A stretch of 64,000 nucleotides of DNA, taken from Lobosporangium transversale (Eukaryota). The DNA is taken from assembly GCF_002105155.1 (NCBI RefSeq), contig NW_019028991.1:124001-188000 (forward strand). The letters are read 5' to 3'. Within the stretch, counting starts at the first letter, position 1. Each line of letters begins with the position of its first letter. Under the pieces are notes generated by a model. The model was not told where the DNA came from. It was given only the letters and a program-made list of their open reading frames with translations, and searched no databases. Position numbers and translations under genes: made by a program. Below are positions 50,201 to 64,000 of this stretch, one piece after another.

Positions 50201-51872
50201 TCTAACAAGCTGGATATCACGATCTCTGTCGGCGCTTGAGTATCTCTCTGCAGCGGCTCTACTCCGACTTGCTTCTGTGATACGCTCCATGGCGTCTCTA
50301 GCAGCATCGGATCCTAGCTGCCATGTACTGGAGGAAGACCCTGGACGAGGTGCAATATGTCGGTATTTGCCATCATAATGACTTGCTTCAAGGTATGGCT
50401 GAGGTGCCAGTCCATAACCTTCTGAATTTTGTGCATCTCTGGAAGATGATGCTCCGCCACTCTTGCTTTGCCTCACCTGTCGTGCCTCCTTGCGTTTCCG
50501 TTCTGCATCTGCTTGTTTCTCGGCATTTGCCTTCCTCACTAAGTGTCGAATATATGCCCATGAAAGATAGTCCCGGATTAGAATTCATGGCTCGGACAAA
50601 TAGCAAGACGACAAAATAAATTAAAATAAAACAATAAAATAAACGAAAGAATTTGCGCAGTGTACCATAATTGACCATAGTCAAGGCCTGTGGAAGATTT
50701 CCCATCTCTTCATACACCTCAGCTAGCATCATACTAACATCCACATTCGTAGGATCAGCGCGATGTGCTATTCAAATGAACAAAATAATAACAATAGCAA
50801 TTTAACATTATCAACTATAGCGTGTTATAAGTAAAAAAAAAAAAAAAAAAAAAAAAAGTCTAAAGACATACCTTGTTCCAGGTAATCTTTGGCATCCTTA
50901 AGTCTGTCCATATGTCGTAAGCATTCTCCAGCCATGATCCAAATCTTGGGAATATCCATCTCGTCATATTGCAACATTGCTCTGATAACATTATATCCTT
51001 CTTTCCACATCCGCTTGTTCACATACAGTTCAGCTATCTCCTCATATAAATCCGGGAAGTCTTCAACACTACATCTCCATAGATATCGGAATTGAGCCTA
51101 TTCCCATTACAAAAAAAAGGGGGTCAGCTGATGAATCAATAACATTGCCTCAATGTTCTAGTGGTGCGTATTGGAGTAAGCTAAAAATGAAAGGCATTAC
51201 CTTTGCTTCCTTGACCTCCTCCATCATAAGACGACAAATTCCAAGTTTAACACGTAGATCCACAGGAAGTCCTCGTGTCCTGTTCTCGCCGAGGGATGCT
51301 TGCAGCTCCTCGTCATCTGGGTCAGTGTCAAACTCGCGGTCATCCTTATAATCATCCCACCAAGTCTGATGGGACCGTCGCTGCAATCGACGCGACCATG
51401 TTTTGATCATCTTGATTGGCTTTTCGTACTCATCAAACATAATGTAAAGCTCACTGAGCATATTTAGCGCAGAGTAGCCAAAGGGTTCATTAGCCATATC
51501 ATGTTGCTCAACTTCGTCTGAAACTTCGAAGGGGTCTCCATTAACGTTAGCAAAATGGTCAGGGAGAGAAGAATAGTGTAGATAGGCAGCCTCGTAGTCA
51601 ACCATAGCTTGATGCATATACTCCCGATAGCGCTTGTTGTCCTGATCAAGCGAACTGTAAATCTTAACCAACTCTTCCAATGCCGGCATGTAGTGCTGCC
51701 TGACCTTGAGAAGCTTTTGAAGGCCTGCAATAGCTTTATATGGCTGATCCAGGATCTGGTACATAATGGAACGGTCCCAGAGGGCATCCATGTCATCCTT
51801 ATCTGCTCTGTACGCCCGTGAGAAACAGTAGAGTGCTTGTTGATCATACCCGCAGTCTCTATAAACATAAAA

Positions 51873-51911
<39 letters not shown>

Positions 51912-53335
51912 CTTTTATTAGAATCTGAAAGATCTTGCCTTAAAGCTAGATGTGCCTTTTTAAGTGATGTTACATACTTGGAAATGACCGCAAGCTTCTT
52001 CCAGAGGGCAGCGTCTTTAGGCGTTAAATGGGCCGCAACAAGGTATAGTTGGAGCGCCTTTTCCGTGTTTCCCAGCTCCTCCTGAATGACGCCCATAATG
52101 TTCCAAGCCTGAAACACGCTAGGATGAGTGACAATAACCTGCTGAAATAAGTCAACGGCTTCCTTGTAATTCTTATTCACGTAGGCGGTATTAGCCATAC
52201 CGAGAAGCTTTTGAACCTCTGGCGGATATACTGGCGTAACACCTTTCTTCTGCATCTAAAATTTAGAAGGAGGAAGGAGGATATCAGTTAACCCTGCTAC
52301 CTACTCTTTTTTTTTTTTTTTTTTTTTTTTGGTTTCTAATAACGCCTTGCCTTCTTCTTCTCGCGCTTAGATTTAGGAGCTAGAGCAAAACCAAGTTCCT
52401 CCATAGCTGGATCATTTTCATCCAATTCATCATCATCATCAAGCATGCCCATGCTTGGTTGAAAATCACTTAGGATGTCCCATTCTGATGTCCTAATAAC
52501 AGTGGTGAAAAATTGGACACAGGGGTGGTTTGTTCTCGTCAACTTTTATTTTCTTCTTTTTCATCTTCATAGTCTATACCAACAAATCAATTACCCTCGA
52601 ATCTTCGATAAAAAAAAAAAGGTTTTACCTTTCCTGTATTGCTCCGATGAGCTGACGCGGATCTACAGCAGACGCTGCTGATCGAGCCTCAGAACTAATG
52701 GTATCGCTGGCTCGTTCAAGCAATCCCCCATCTGCTTGCACATTCAGACCTTTGTCCAGATTTATTATTGCATTCTCGATAATGCTACCGTCGTCCTCAT
52801 CCACGTCTAACTCATTAAGTTCGTCATCCTCACCTCCTAGTTGAATATTTTCCAGTCCTTCATGTAAACTTGCTGCTCCCGTTACTTCCCCACTACCATT
52901 ATTACTACTACTAGCGCTGCTACTCTTTCTGCCGCCATAAGTGCCTGGAGTGCCACCACCTATGCTTCCATGGCTTCTGCTGGCACTTGAAGTAGTTCCA
53001 GGTAAGCCTGTCAAGCCTACAAAGTCTCCAATTACCTGTGGTACTCTTGTGTTCTCAGGTCCAAGTTGGTGACCAACTTCTGCAATACGAGCACGTTCTG
53101 CTGAGTTTTGGGTAAGGAGGGCCAAGAGAGGGTTTTCTGCTCCTAACGAGCGTTGATCCGCTGCTGCTGTCGCTGCTTCCTTTTGAAATGAGATTTTCAA
53201 GTTGGCTAGAATGTCATGAGCATCGGCAGCAGTGGAAACATGGGTGTGATTGCTGCTTTCCTCAGTGGTGCTGCTTCCTCGGTTATTTACCCTCTCTGAA
53301 TCTGCTTCTGTACCATGCCCATCCTTGGAATTCAT
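47071..53335 (-). CDS. TFC4: RNA polymerase III transcription factor TFIIIC TPR subunit (Tfc4/tau131/GTF3C3), multi-exon
   Basis: PEVQKLLGMANTAYV...ALQLYLVAAHLTPKDAALW, LPVDLRVKLGICRL, EAEYNFARGFHQLG..HLAMIHY, LKREAAFNLAKIYMQSG...LLIRKYCTF. Confidence 0.9.
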
Positions 53336-53531
53336 TGTTCAAAAACAAAAAATTCGATCCAGCAGCTCGTTGCTTTTTATATGTTTCGTCGTTTCACCTA
53401 AACAGACATAAGAGTAAAGAACCCATTCTCCCTTTTGGAGAAACAACAATGTTCCTTATATAATTCACAGTCACATTTCCATATTTTGGAGCAAAATCAC
53501 TTTTATTTTAGGGGGAAAATTGACTTCAGAC

Positions 53532-55259
53532 CTACTCCTTGGATGTGGAGTCCTCATTAGATTTCTCTGCCTCAGCTGCTGTTGCAGCCGCTGCAGCAAC
53601 CTGTGCTTCACGATCCGCAATCGTCTCTCCTTTAATGGTGTCGATAATATCTCCTTCAATACTCAAAAATCCAACTTGGTTGCATACCCGCACAACTTCC
53701 TCCGCCAACTGGACACTCATACCCTCTAACGATTTGTTGACCTTATCTAGCGATCCCGATAGAATTGCCTCCTGGAAATCCTCGGGCAATGCTGCAAAGA
53801 TCTCATGTACTTTGGGGTCTGCATCTGCGGGTGGTCCAGTAATATGTATCTGTGTTCCTGGCTCTGCGGCCTGGAGCTGGATGGTCTCCACTCCGGGTGA
53901 TTGGTTTGCAGCACGTTCTTGTGCGAGGACCTTGCAGCGCTCCTTGATCCTTGTGTAAGTATCTTTCCAGTCATTTTGGAAAATCTTTAGCGCTCCGTGT
54001 ACGGGATCGCGAATTCTATATAAATAAATAAATAAATATTAGCATAATATTATTATAATAGGCTCTAGGAATGTATCATAAAAAAAGAAAAAAATACTCT
54101 TTCATGACCAACTCTTTACCTGTGGAAGAAGAGACCAACGCCATCTTTGCCGAGTTGAGCGCAGTATTGAAGAATAAGAGCCTGATGCACACAGTTATTA
54201 GCATATGTTTCATCACCATCCATCTGAGCCTTGAATGCCTGAGCCATGATTTCATCAGAGTAATCCTGAGTAGCAATGTATGGATGCTTCGAGATGAAGG
54301 TTAATGAGGCATCAAAGCCTTTAATGCGCGAAAATTCGAGAGCTACTTGTGTAACCTCAACTTCATCATCTGAATCATCCGAGTCTGCTGCCTGAGCTGC
54401 TGCTGCTTTTGAAGAACCTGCTTTTGCAGGAACACCTCCCTAGAACCAAGCCCATGCACATATTAAGACAGAACAAAAAAAAAAAAAAATCGTCAATTAT
54501 TTTCTGTAATGATAATCTATATATCGTTTTTACAACAACTCCGATACTTACAGCACTACCAGGATTAAGAGTCTCGATCACTTTTGTCTTTTCTACAACT
54601 TTCTTCTTAGGAGCCTTTTGAGCTTCTTTGGGTACTTGAACAGGCTTGCTAACCGCCTAAAAAAGAATAATTAGTAAAAAAAAAAAAAAAAAAAAAAAAA
54701 GTATTAGCTCTCAACTGTTCAATGTCATCCGCTTGTATCAAAATCATAGCGATTTTTTTTTTTTAGACGTACTGTCTTATCAAAACCAGTGACGAGCTTG
54801 TCTGAAGTCAACTTTTTATTTTCAACAGCCTCAAGCTTCTCCAATTGCTGGATGGTATCATTATATTTCTTCTCAAGTTCTGCCTGTTGAGTGCTCTTCT
54901 CTATCCTGTCAAGTTGCTTCTTGATTGTCTCTGCTTCGTGCTTCAAGGCCACGATTTTGGTGCGACGGGCCTCACGCTCGCGATGGATCTGTTCTTGCTT
55001 CCATCGGATCATGGAGCGTTTATCAACCTAATGATGCATTATACAGCAGAGCCACAAAGGGCTGTTAGCCTTTCTCTCCCTCTTACGCGCTACTATTGTT
55101 TAAAAACATCTTTATATCCCTTTCAACTCTGCATATTTCCTTATAGCGCTTTGAAGCGACTATGCTCCATAGGATTTTGCTTACATTGGGATGGCATTCA
55201 ATGTCCGAGTCGTCTGAAATCTCAAGATTATCCCACTTGGAATAGTTGATGGCTGACAT
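53532..55259 (-). CDS. CDC37: Hsp90 kinase co-chaperone Cdc37, multi-exon
   Basis: MSAINYSKWDNLEISDDSDIECHPN|VDKRSMIRWKQEQIHRER; C-terminal EIFAALPEDFQEAILSGSLDKVNKSL. Confidence 0.93.
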
Positions 55260-56491
55260 TGGTGCAGTCGTGTAAAATCTCTTAGTTGTTGAAAGTTGAA
55301 GTGTGTTTTAAATGAACGAATGAATGAATACTGATGTAGCGGATAGTAGAAGAGAATTAAAAATAAATAAAAAAGACAGCCAGTTCAGCCGCATGAATTT
55401 GTCGAATGATCTGGAAGGTGTGTGAGTGATTCTCACGACGGCTACAAGTGTGACTTACTTTTCTAAAAGAACCATTCGAACGATGTGCGCTGTGACACCC
55501 TTGCAACCTTGCACAAGATGCAGCCAGTGGACATGTGTATAAAAATATGTGGGTAAATCTCTCACAAAAGTGTGTCCATGATTATGAAATATCGATTCTG
55601 CTCTCTGCCCAACAAAAACACTTTGCTTGGGGAGCCAAGCAAAGGTAGGTGGTGCGCATCTCAAGCATTTTCATTCAGGCTTTCCCCCTACGCAACATCT
55701 TGATGTAATCGGCTCCAGGGCAAAGGAGAAAAAAAAATCAGCTGGATGATTGATTGACTTCTTTAATTTACACCTGTGAGATCATGTTGGTAGTACAGAT
55801 GTTTTTATTGTCCGTAAAATATATTCCCAACTGCTTGATTTGTCCATACCGAATGCCAAGACACAGCATTGATAATCATTGAAGTAAAACAGGAAAACAT
55901 GCAGGCCGATAAACGGAGATGCCAGAGCAGTTGTCAGAGGAGCAAGAGAAAGAGATATGGTGAAGGAAAAATATAGCAAAGTCAAAAAGAAAGAAAATTG
56001 GGCATGTTGGTGTCCGGGTCGTAGCAAGAATTGCAAGCGGTCAATTACCGAGTACCCATATTTTCTGCGGTTTGCAACTGTCGCAACATGTGGTTGTTAT
56101 GATGTGCAAACACGAATTTTCAAATGACGGAAAATGCACGGACAACATTTGCATGTGTGGGTACAAAGGACAGAAAGAAGTGGTTTCATGTAACCTTCAT
56201 ATGAAGGCATGAGTGACAAGAGACACAAAGAGGGTATGGGAATGTGAGCATGACCTGACATGACATGAGAGCACAGGGTTGCCATGTGTTTCTCGATTGA
56301 TGTTTGATGTTCCCATCTTTTATAGTTTCCCATTGTAATTCATACCCAGCGCACGCATACCGCTCATGTGTCATCAATTTGTTCTGAGTTTGTCTCTTCT
56401 CTACTCTTCTTTTTTCTTCTCTTCTCTTCTCCTTTTGCCTCTGATTGCCACCTTTGTATCGTTGCAGTTTTTTTTCTTTAGCCCCACCCCC

Positions 56492-56522
<31 letters not shown>

Positions 56523-57089
56523 CTTTTCCACTCTTCCGTCCCATCCTCCCAAACAATCTGTCCCCAATCCACAATCCACCATTGATACACATTTCGCTCC
56601 ACGCTCAATTTGATCACAATCAGAAAACATCATTCAAAAGGGGTGATCAAGACTCTTCTTTTCTCTCTTTTCCTCCTCTTTTCGTCTCTTAATTACCATC
56701 TATACTTTTTTTAGCCTCCCCTTTATTGCCCCAACCCATAGACCATACCTTCATCCATATCCCTTTCTAACCTTTCTCATTGTCGTAGTGTCCCTGTTTG
56801 CCTTCCTCTCCTATCTTTATTGACCTCCTCTTCTCCATCCTTCCTCCTATATTTGACTAGGAGGCTCTCTTACTCAGCCAAATCCCTTTCCCCTTCTCCT
56901 TCTCAACCTCATCCTCCTTTTTATTTCAATCCTGCGCACGCGAAGAACCACATATTAATAAAAAAAAGAGCCGGTGCTCAAAATAAACAACGTCCCAAAC
57001 TCAACCCTGATTGTTTTTTTTTTTTTCTTCTTCACACTCCATCTCTTCAAAATCTCTACACATTACAACTCTGATCATAACACATCAAA

Positions 57090-58463
57090 ATGTCGCAAAT
57101 TTTTGAGTCAACGAGGAATTACCTCAAGACATCAACTAAATTGGGGCGTCGTATGAGCAGCTATAGAGATGAGACTAGTGGAAGCGAGACAAGCCTGCAC
57201 AACAACAACAATTCCTTACAAGATTATAAATCAGCTGCCATAATAACTGAATCACAACCAAAGGATAGTACCCTCTCCCGTCAAAACTCGCCCAAAAAAC
57301 GCCTCTCGGATCTTTTCAGTCTAGACGACCGCAGCAAAAATAATAAGTTGTCACAGGATCAATCAAACAATGATATAAAAGGACGGCGCAGGGACAGTAA
57401 AAGCAGTGACAGAACTCTCAGAAGCAAAAAAAGCCATCAAAGCAACTCTGGCGAAATATTATTTGACCGTCATCATGGCCGTGATCGTGATCGTGATCGT
57501 GATAGAGCATCGGATCACATGGAGGAAGAAGTCCCTCGGGCACAATCTCCAACGATCTCAATGTCCAACACGATCAGTACGGCTACATCAAGCTATGATA
57601 TGCGCCCAACTGACTATCCTAGTATCGGACACTATCAGGCACATGTCTGGAGGCGCAACTTGCTGGAAGAAAGTATCATGTATTCTCTTCGACTTGGCTA
57701 CACTGATCGCCAACATCGATCGTCGTCGCGCCAACGCCATCACTACAGACGCGATTCCAAGAGAGATTCACCCCGTTCCCGCAAAGCTCGTGAGCAGGCC
57801 ATTCTAGCTGCTGCAACAGGGAAAGAAATCTCTTCATTGCCATTATCAACGATCGAGGATGATGATACGGCGTCACAAGAGAACATTGTTGACAGAAGCC
57901 TCAAGGTGATCAATGACGACAACCGGATTCAACCCAGCACTGTTACAGGACAGCAGCAATACCTGCATCCACAGTTTCGACACGTGAAAAATAGTCCTTA
58001 CCAACTCGATTACAATTTTTCCATGACCAATATTACTCAATCTATGGCCAGCTTCACATTGGAGGTAGACGATCATCATGCAGCTCGTATCATGCGTTCA
58101 TCTGCTATTCCCGATTTATTCAAAATCAAGGCAACCATCCCAGGAACGATGCCAACGACAGAACGATCTAGAAGCAGGCACAATTCAAAAACGTCCCTCT
58201 TAGGAAGCGGTGTTTCACCCTCTCCACGAGTCCTGACAGGCAAAAAAGCGCCTGTGACAGTTCAGCCCATTCATATAGTGTTGCCGAATATGCAAGATGT
58301 GGATGAGGAAGAAGAGAATGTAGAATCACCATTGACGCCGAGTTCAGCTGCATGGGCCGATTCTGTGTTTGAATCACTGGACCAAGTGGCTGGAAAACAA
58401 GCTGAAGGGATGACTAAAAATCAATTGAAGGCGTTGGAAGTTGCTCCTGCAGCATCGGTATGA
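57090..58463 (+). CDS. Hypothetical S/R-rich disordered protein (457 aa, single exon)
   Basis: Long ORF with coding-like composition in AT-rich surroundings; one ordered-looking block YQAHVWRRNLLEESIMYSLRLGY; no family recognised. Confidence 0.7.
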   Translation: MSQIFESTRNYLKTSTKLGRRMSSYRDETSGSETSLHNNNNSLQDYKSAAIITESQPKDSTLSRQNSPKKRLSDLFSLDDRSKNNKLSQDQSNNDIKGRRRDSKSSDRTLRSKKSHQSNSGEILFDRHHGRDRDRDRDRASDHMEEEVPRAQSPTISMSNTISTATSSYDMRPTDYPSIGHYQAHVWRRNLLEESIMYSLRLGYTDRQHRSSSRQRHHYRRDSKRDSPRSRKAREQAILAAATGKEISSLPLSTIEDDDTASQENIVDRSLKVINDDNRIQPSTVTGQQQYLHPQFRHVKNSPYQLDYNFSMTNITQSMASFTLEVDDHHAARIMRSSAIPDLFKIKATIPGTMPTTERSRSRHNSKTSLLGSGVSPSPRVLTGKKAPVTVQPIHIVLPNMQDVDEEEENVESPLTPSSAAWADSVFESLDQVAGKQAEGMTKNQLKALEVAPAASV

Positions 58464-58511
58464 TTCTCACGTTTTAACAAACAAAGAATGATAAAAGAAA
58501 CCTCCTTTTAC

Positions 58512-58545
<34 letters not shown>

Positions 58546-59204
58546 GAAGAAGAAAAAATACCCAGTAAAGTAAAATATACCAAGAACACAAGAAGAAATA
58601 AAGAGATAATAGTATTTAATAAGTCCATGAGAAAAGTGATCACGAAAGTTGAAGCTGACGATGGTGTGTGATTTCTGTTACACAGATGAACTCAATTGAG
58701 GATGCTGATTTCCTTATTCAATTTTGGGTTCTTTTTTTTTTACCCAACAGAATCTTTGTAATTGACTAGAGTCTAACCATATTCGGAATCGGTACAAAGT
58801 CCTGCCACGAAAACAGATAATGCTTGTGAGCACGTGGAGCGAAAGGGGTTCGAATTTACGTGCAAGCACGTACAAAAGCTGTGCAACGCGTTCGCCAGAT
58901 CACGAAGCCTTGATCGCTTTTTTTTTTTTTTTTTTTCTTTACTTTCGTAAAGGTTTCAGGAGATAAACATACGAAGTGAACAGGCTTATAAACCAAAGAG
59001 CAATATTCATTTATGAGTGCAATAGATTAAGAAGGAAGAAGATTTGCAAATCTACTGAATGAAAAAGGTGGTTGACACCACAATTTCTTTTTTTTTTTTA
59101 TTTTTTTTTTAAAGGCCATAACAAGTATAAATATATATAAATGTTATAAATACACAATCCCGATATTGTGAACTTGTATATTAGAATCCTCCAGAAAGGC
59201 CTCG

Positions 59205-59241
<37 letters not shown>

Positions 59242-59412
59242 GAAAAATAAGGGAGGATCCCATTAAAAACCGCCGTGCTCTCAATCAGAGAGAACAACTC
59301 GAGGTCTTTTGTTCACTCCTCTTTCAAGTTGTTATTGTCTAAGCATTTTTTTTTTTTTTTTTTTTTTTTTTTGGCTTCAGAAGAAGCTATATCTGGATAA
59401 AGATGGAAACAG

Positions 59413-59451
<39 letters not shown>

Positions 59452-59630
59452 TTTTTACAATATTTTATATATTTATATTATAATTGAATATGATTTTGTA
59501 AACGACCACTTTTTAATTGAATGTGCATTTTTTTTTTGAGTTTGTATGATTGAGCTGCAAAGTCCAACGTGCATGATACCCATGATCCTAGCAAAGCCCT
59601 AAGGAAGCCCCCCACTCTGACAAAAATAAC

Positions 59631-59664
<34 letters not shown>

Positions 59665-62600
59665 AAGTGGTACCAACCATATGCTCGCAACTATAAACCA
59701 CAACCACAACCGTCAAATAAAGATTTAAAAAAAAAAAAGGTCTTTATAGCTGTGTATAGATTAATTGTTAATGAGGGAATAACCACAAAGATGGGCTGTG
59801 ATCAGAGCGCGATCTTTTTCCTAGATGGAACAAGAGCTCGGTAACAGAACCAGTTTAGGTAATCATCAGAAGAACAGGGAGGAATATATATATATATATA
59901 AAAAAAAAAAAAAAAAACGGGTGAAGAGGGCGGGAGGAAGGATAAAAGGAGATGAAAGGCGTGAAAAAGACGCAAGGGTGAGGGGGTACCATCTCTTTGT
60001 TTTTTTTTTCCATCGTACCTGAACCCAGCTTGGATGTTTTTTTTTTTTTTTTTGTCGCAAAATGTAGATTTGCTAACCTGCGAAAGAAAAATGAGAAAAA
60101 TCATCCGTGATTTAAAGAAGTTTCAAGGAAAACTTTAACACTGGGCGTCACTATTTGAAATGAGAAGAAAAAAAAAAAAAAAAAAAAAGATGTACATGTA
60201 TATATTATAAAAATATTTATACATTTAAATTATACAAATGCTACGCCATGCCTATTGTTTTATTACTGAGCTTTTAGAGGACTGAAAAAGGAAAAGGCGA
60301 AGAAGGAGGAGGAGTGAAAAAGTTCAAGCTTTATATGGGAGGAAGCGGTAAAAAAAGGAAAAAGAATTATGGAACTATAGAATTATAGAAAAGAAAGAAA
60401 AAAAAAAAAAAAAAAAAAAAAAGCATGCAGCTCGCTTATGATTGTTCGGTTTTTTTCTTTTTTTGTTGCTCCTCTTTCCCGCGACCTCTCATTTCCCTGC
60501 CATGCAGTTTATACACAACATTCCTTCTTTTTTTTTTTTTTTTTTTTTTTTTTCTTTTCTTTTCCATAATAAAAATAATAAAATAAAATAAAGTAAAAAA
60601 AAAAAAAAAAAAAAAAAAAGAAGCATGTCTGTTCTCTGTTTTACAATCATCGACCTGATACCTGACTAGGAGACTAGGGGACTAGGGGTGAAGTAGAGGG
60701 GAGGGGAAAGGGAAATGGAAAAAAAAAACCTGCCTGTTAACGACCAAGGCTTGGCATCCCTCAAGACGCACTTTCGCTCTCTGGATAAATCCTCTCTTTC
60801 TACTTCTCTCCTGTTTGTCTTGTTTGGTACGACAACAGATCATGCAATTGGTTCGTCCATTTGTGTTTCCGTTCCGTGTGTGTGGGTCAAAGCCCCCAAT
60901 TCAAATTCAACATCTTCTTTATCCTGTCTCTTGACTGCAACAGCACTGCACTGCACAAACAGGGCGGTGCAAGGGCTATGAAAACCACCTGTAATAAATG
61001 GGCAACAACTCTTTTCCTTTTTACTCCCTAAACGTTCAAGCTGAAGAAAAAAAAAAAAAAAAAAAAAAAATAGAGGGTCTGTGGACTGTTGATTTGCTGT
61101 GTATGGTCTGTTGGATACAGAGATGAGTGATTTTTACATCTCGTTTTTCTTTTAATCGAGGATATCCATAATTTTTTATTTCCTGATCTCCTAGGAATGT
61201 GTAAAATCCAAGTAAGCTTTTTTGAGTGGGAATGAATAGATTGCATTGTTTTTATGGTTGAATACTAAATTGAAACTTCAATGAACCTGCATCAGTCGAA
61301 TGGTTTAAATATAGAAAGAGATGGTAGAAAAATGTTCATGGTGACACAACATTAAATGCCTGTTAACCCTTACTTTGCCCTTGTGGACGTTTAAAATAAT
61401 ATCAGTGAATGAGAACACTTGTCATTGTAAGGTTGATTAGACTAAAAAAAAAAAAAATGATGCGCCCAACTCCAGGAAGGATGATGCAAGATTTGAAGAA
61501 GGGAAAAAAACGGCTTTCCTTTAATGTTGCACCATGACAAATCCGGCTGCTTTTCATGGTTAAACGAATTACGGGACGTTACAGAAAAAAATAAGGTCCA
61601 GGGGATAGGGGGCAGATTTTTTTTTTTTGTGAGACCAGGGCTATTACAATACGCACAATCACACAGGACGAAGATTCTTTGGTTTATAATCACTGAACCG
61701 TAACACAGAATCAGAGAATACACAGACCCAATCCATTATAGATGAACATGAATAACAGGACTTTTAATAAACATTGATATCCAAATAACAATAAAACATT
61801 TTATGAAAAAACAAGATTGAGAACAATGGTAGTAGAATGAGATTGACGACCGATTGGTTCTTTATACTCTAGAGCCAATTGCCGATCTCTTTTTTTCTTT
61901 TTCTTTCATATCCTTCGCGACTGGTCCAACTTTTGGGAAAGAAGAGAAGGTTCATCAATTATTATTTTTATTAAAGAGAAGGATCGGGGACTCGCCTCTC
62001 TCTTTCACTCCCTCTCGTTATCAATCAAAATAAATAAAAGCTTGGACAAACAAGGGAAGGAAACATATTAAAATAGTTTAATAGCCTATGTGGCTATGGT
62101 GAGCATGCTCTCTAAATCGACCCACTCCTCTCAGGAGGTCATACTTTTTTAGTGTCTGCCTCTTTTTTCCTTTTTCCCTTTTTCCCTAAATAAAAAAATA
62201 AAAAAAAGGAAAATAATGTTCCAGTCCTTTGCCAATGGGTCATTCACTCATCATTGGAATGCTTAATGTCTACAATCATGGTATTGATGATGTGTCATTG
62301 AGCTTTTTTTTTTTTTTTTTTTTTTTTTGTTGGTATACCCCCCTCTTTCTGTTTAAAATTTGATCCCTGTTTGCCGATGCTGATGCATTTCATTTTTCAT
62401 TATGACCCGAAGTGTAATGATTGCATTTCATGATTGAATGAGAAAGGAGAAAAAAAAAAAAAAAAAATTAGGGAGATTAATACTGGGCGGGAAACGGTTC
62501 GAAGAAAATAAGATGAGGGATTAGGGACAAGGAGACTAGAGTTCAATACTTATCGAGACATGCATCTACAAGGCAGCTGACATTGGAGTAAAAAAAAGAC

Positions 62601-64000
62601 ACACGATTACACGATTACGCGAGTGTTTTTTTTTTTTTTTTTTTCTCTCAAAAAAAAAAAAAAAAAAAAAAAAAGGACTTCCACGCTAATGGCTGGAGTA
62701 AATCGGTCCATGGGCAAGATATAAACGCGAATACGAAGCTAGTTTGCATTACATGAATATACTTACAAATACCACTGTTTCTTCCTAACCTGCCCCTCTG
62801 GCTCTCTGTTTCGTTCCCTCTCTCCCCTTTACCCTGTTCTCTTTCGCCGCTTCTATGCTTCTGTCTTATTTTTACGCGCGAGTGAAATTAATTGTTTGTG
62901 CAATCCACCGACAATTGTTATGCGCCGCATGGGCTTGAAGAACTGGTTGTGTTCTTGTTATCGTTCGTATTGAACTGAATTTTTTTTTTTTTTTTTTTTT
63001 TTTTCAATTGTTATTCTTACATTACTTGCATATTTGTATATATTATTCATTCATTCTCATAAAAGTCTAAACATATTGTGTTTTCCCACCTTGATTGGAA
63101 AGATCTTTAATGTCCATCTCGTAAACATGAGAATAATAATAATAGTATATAATATATAATAAATAATAAACGATAAATAAATAATAATAATAATAAAAAG
63201 ATTCAGTCAAGATATGTTTATACGAACTGGTCATGGTTCATTCATTATTATTGTTCTCTTCTTTTTTTTTGTTTATTACTTTGATCTTCGATTATATATA
63301 ATATTCATATACTTTTACTATTAATCTAACGCTTAATTAATAGCTCAATACATTATCAACAGATCTTTTAATATTTCACACGGGGGTTGATCAAGGAATA
63401 CCTCAGCTTCCTTTCACCCTCCTCTACTTCCAATGACTCGTAATTTATACTCTCTCAGGACGGAATATTAAGCATCCAAATAAAACAATTAAGTAATATA
63501 AAAAATAAAAAATAAAAAGAAACGCGTCTCTGTCTTGTCAATGCAATGCGTTTTGCTGTCATGACTAAAATGCTGATTTCGACAGTATAACTGTTTGATG
63601 AAAGAAAAACCTGCATTTTGCGACAGGCAACCGCAGATGCCAATGCCGTTTTTAACAAAACACACAGCTGCTTTTGCATTAAACTTTTTTTTGTTCTGGC
63701 CCAACATACGAATGTGGTTTGTGCATTATCGAAAAAAGGGAACACAAAAAGGACAGGAGGGTTGGGCGGGTTGTTGGGATGGTTGCACAAAAAAAAAGGC
63801 GACCATCAATTGTTTTTTTTTTTTTTTTTTTTTTTTTTTTTGGTATTTCAAGGGGTAAATTGTTAAAAAAAAAAAAAAAAAAAAAAAAGTCAGAGTGCAA
63901 GAGTATGAGCAGTGCAGGATCTGTTGATATTCACCTTTTTTTTTTTTTTTTTTTTTTTTTTGTGAAGGCTGCAGCATAAACGGCGGTGGGGGACCAGAAA

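Noticed and set aside
58820..58935. GGTTCGAAT B-box-like motif within a hairpin, followed by poly(T)
   Set aside because: No cloverleaf or A-box could be built, and poly(T) is ubiquitous here, so not called as a tRNA.
58500..64000. Many 60-110 aa ORFs rich in poly-F or poly-K
   Set aside because: Translations of poly(T)/poly(A) tracts in a long intergenic region. The same applies to similar ORFs throughout the window.

Overview
Intron-rich fungal genomic DNA with GT-AG introns, CTAAC-like branch points and very many poly(A)/poly(T) tracts. Gene content and style suggest an early-diverging fungus, probably Mortierellaceae (inference). From about 10.8 kb onward it is an ordinary housekeeping neighbourhood: a C2-domain protein, an AGFG/Gts1-like ArfGAP, a SCY1-like pseudokinase, a NIPA Mg2+ transporter, a Ras GTPase, UBP8, a CLEC16A-like protein, SAR1, a PTAR1-like protein, TFC4, CDC37 and one hypothetical gene, followed by a non-coding tail of about 5.5 kb. 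The first 10 kb is accessory and holds the most interesting structure, a Crinkler (CRN) locus on the minus strand. One ubiquitin-like header exon ending HVFVKPPQR is followed by a tandem series of headless C-terminal NTPase + restriction-endonuclease-fold cassettes. Each cassette starts at a phase-1 splice acceptor and is bounded by a conserved ~50-bp palindromic site, GGGGCGACTTT-N27-AAAGTCGCCCC. The proximal cassette is intact, the next is decayed, and a third appears to be a stub. The layout resembles an integron-like or exon-swapping cassette array and is flanked by two direct copies of a TIR-bearing element. Exon boundaries were read by eye and no database searches were run.
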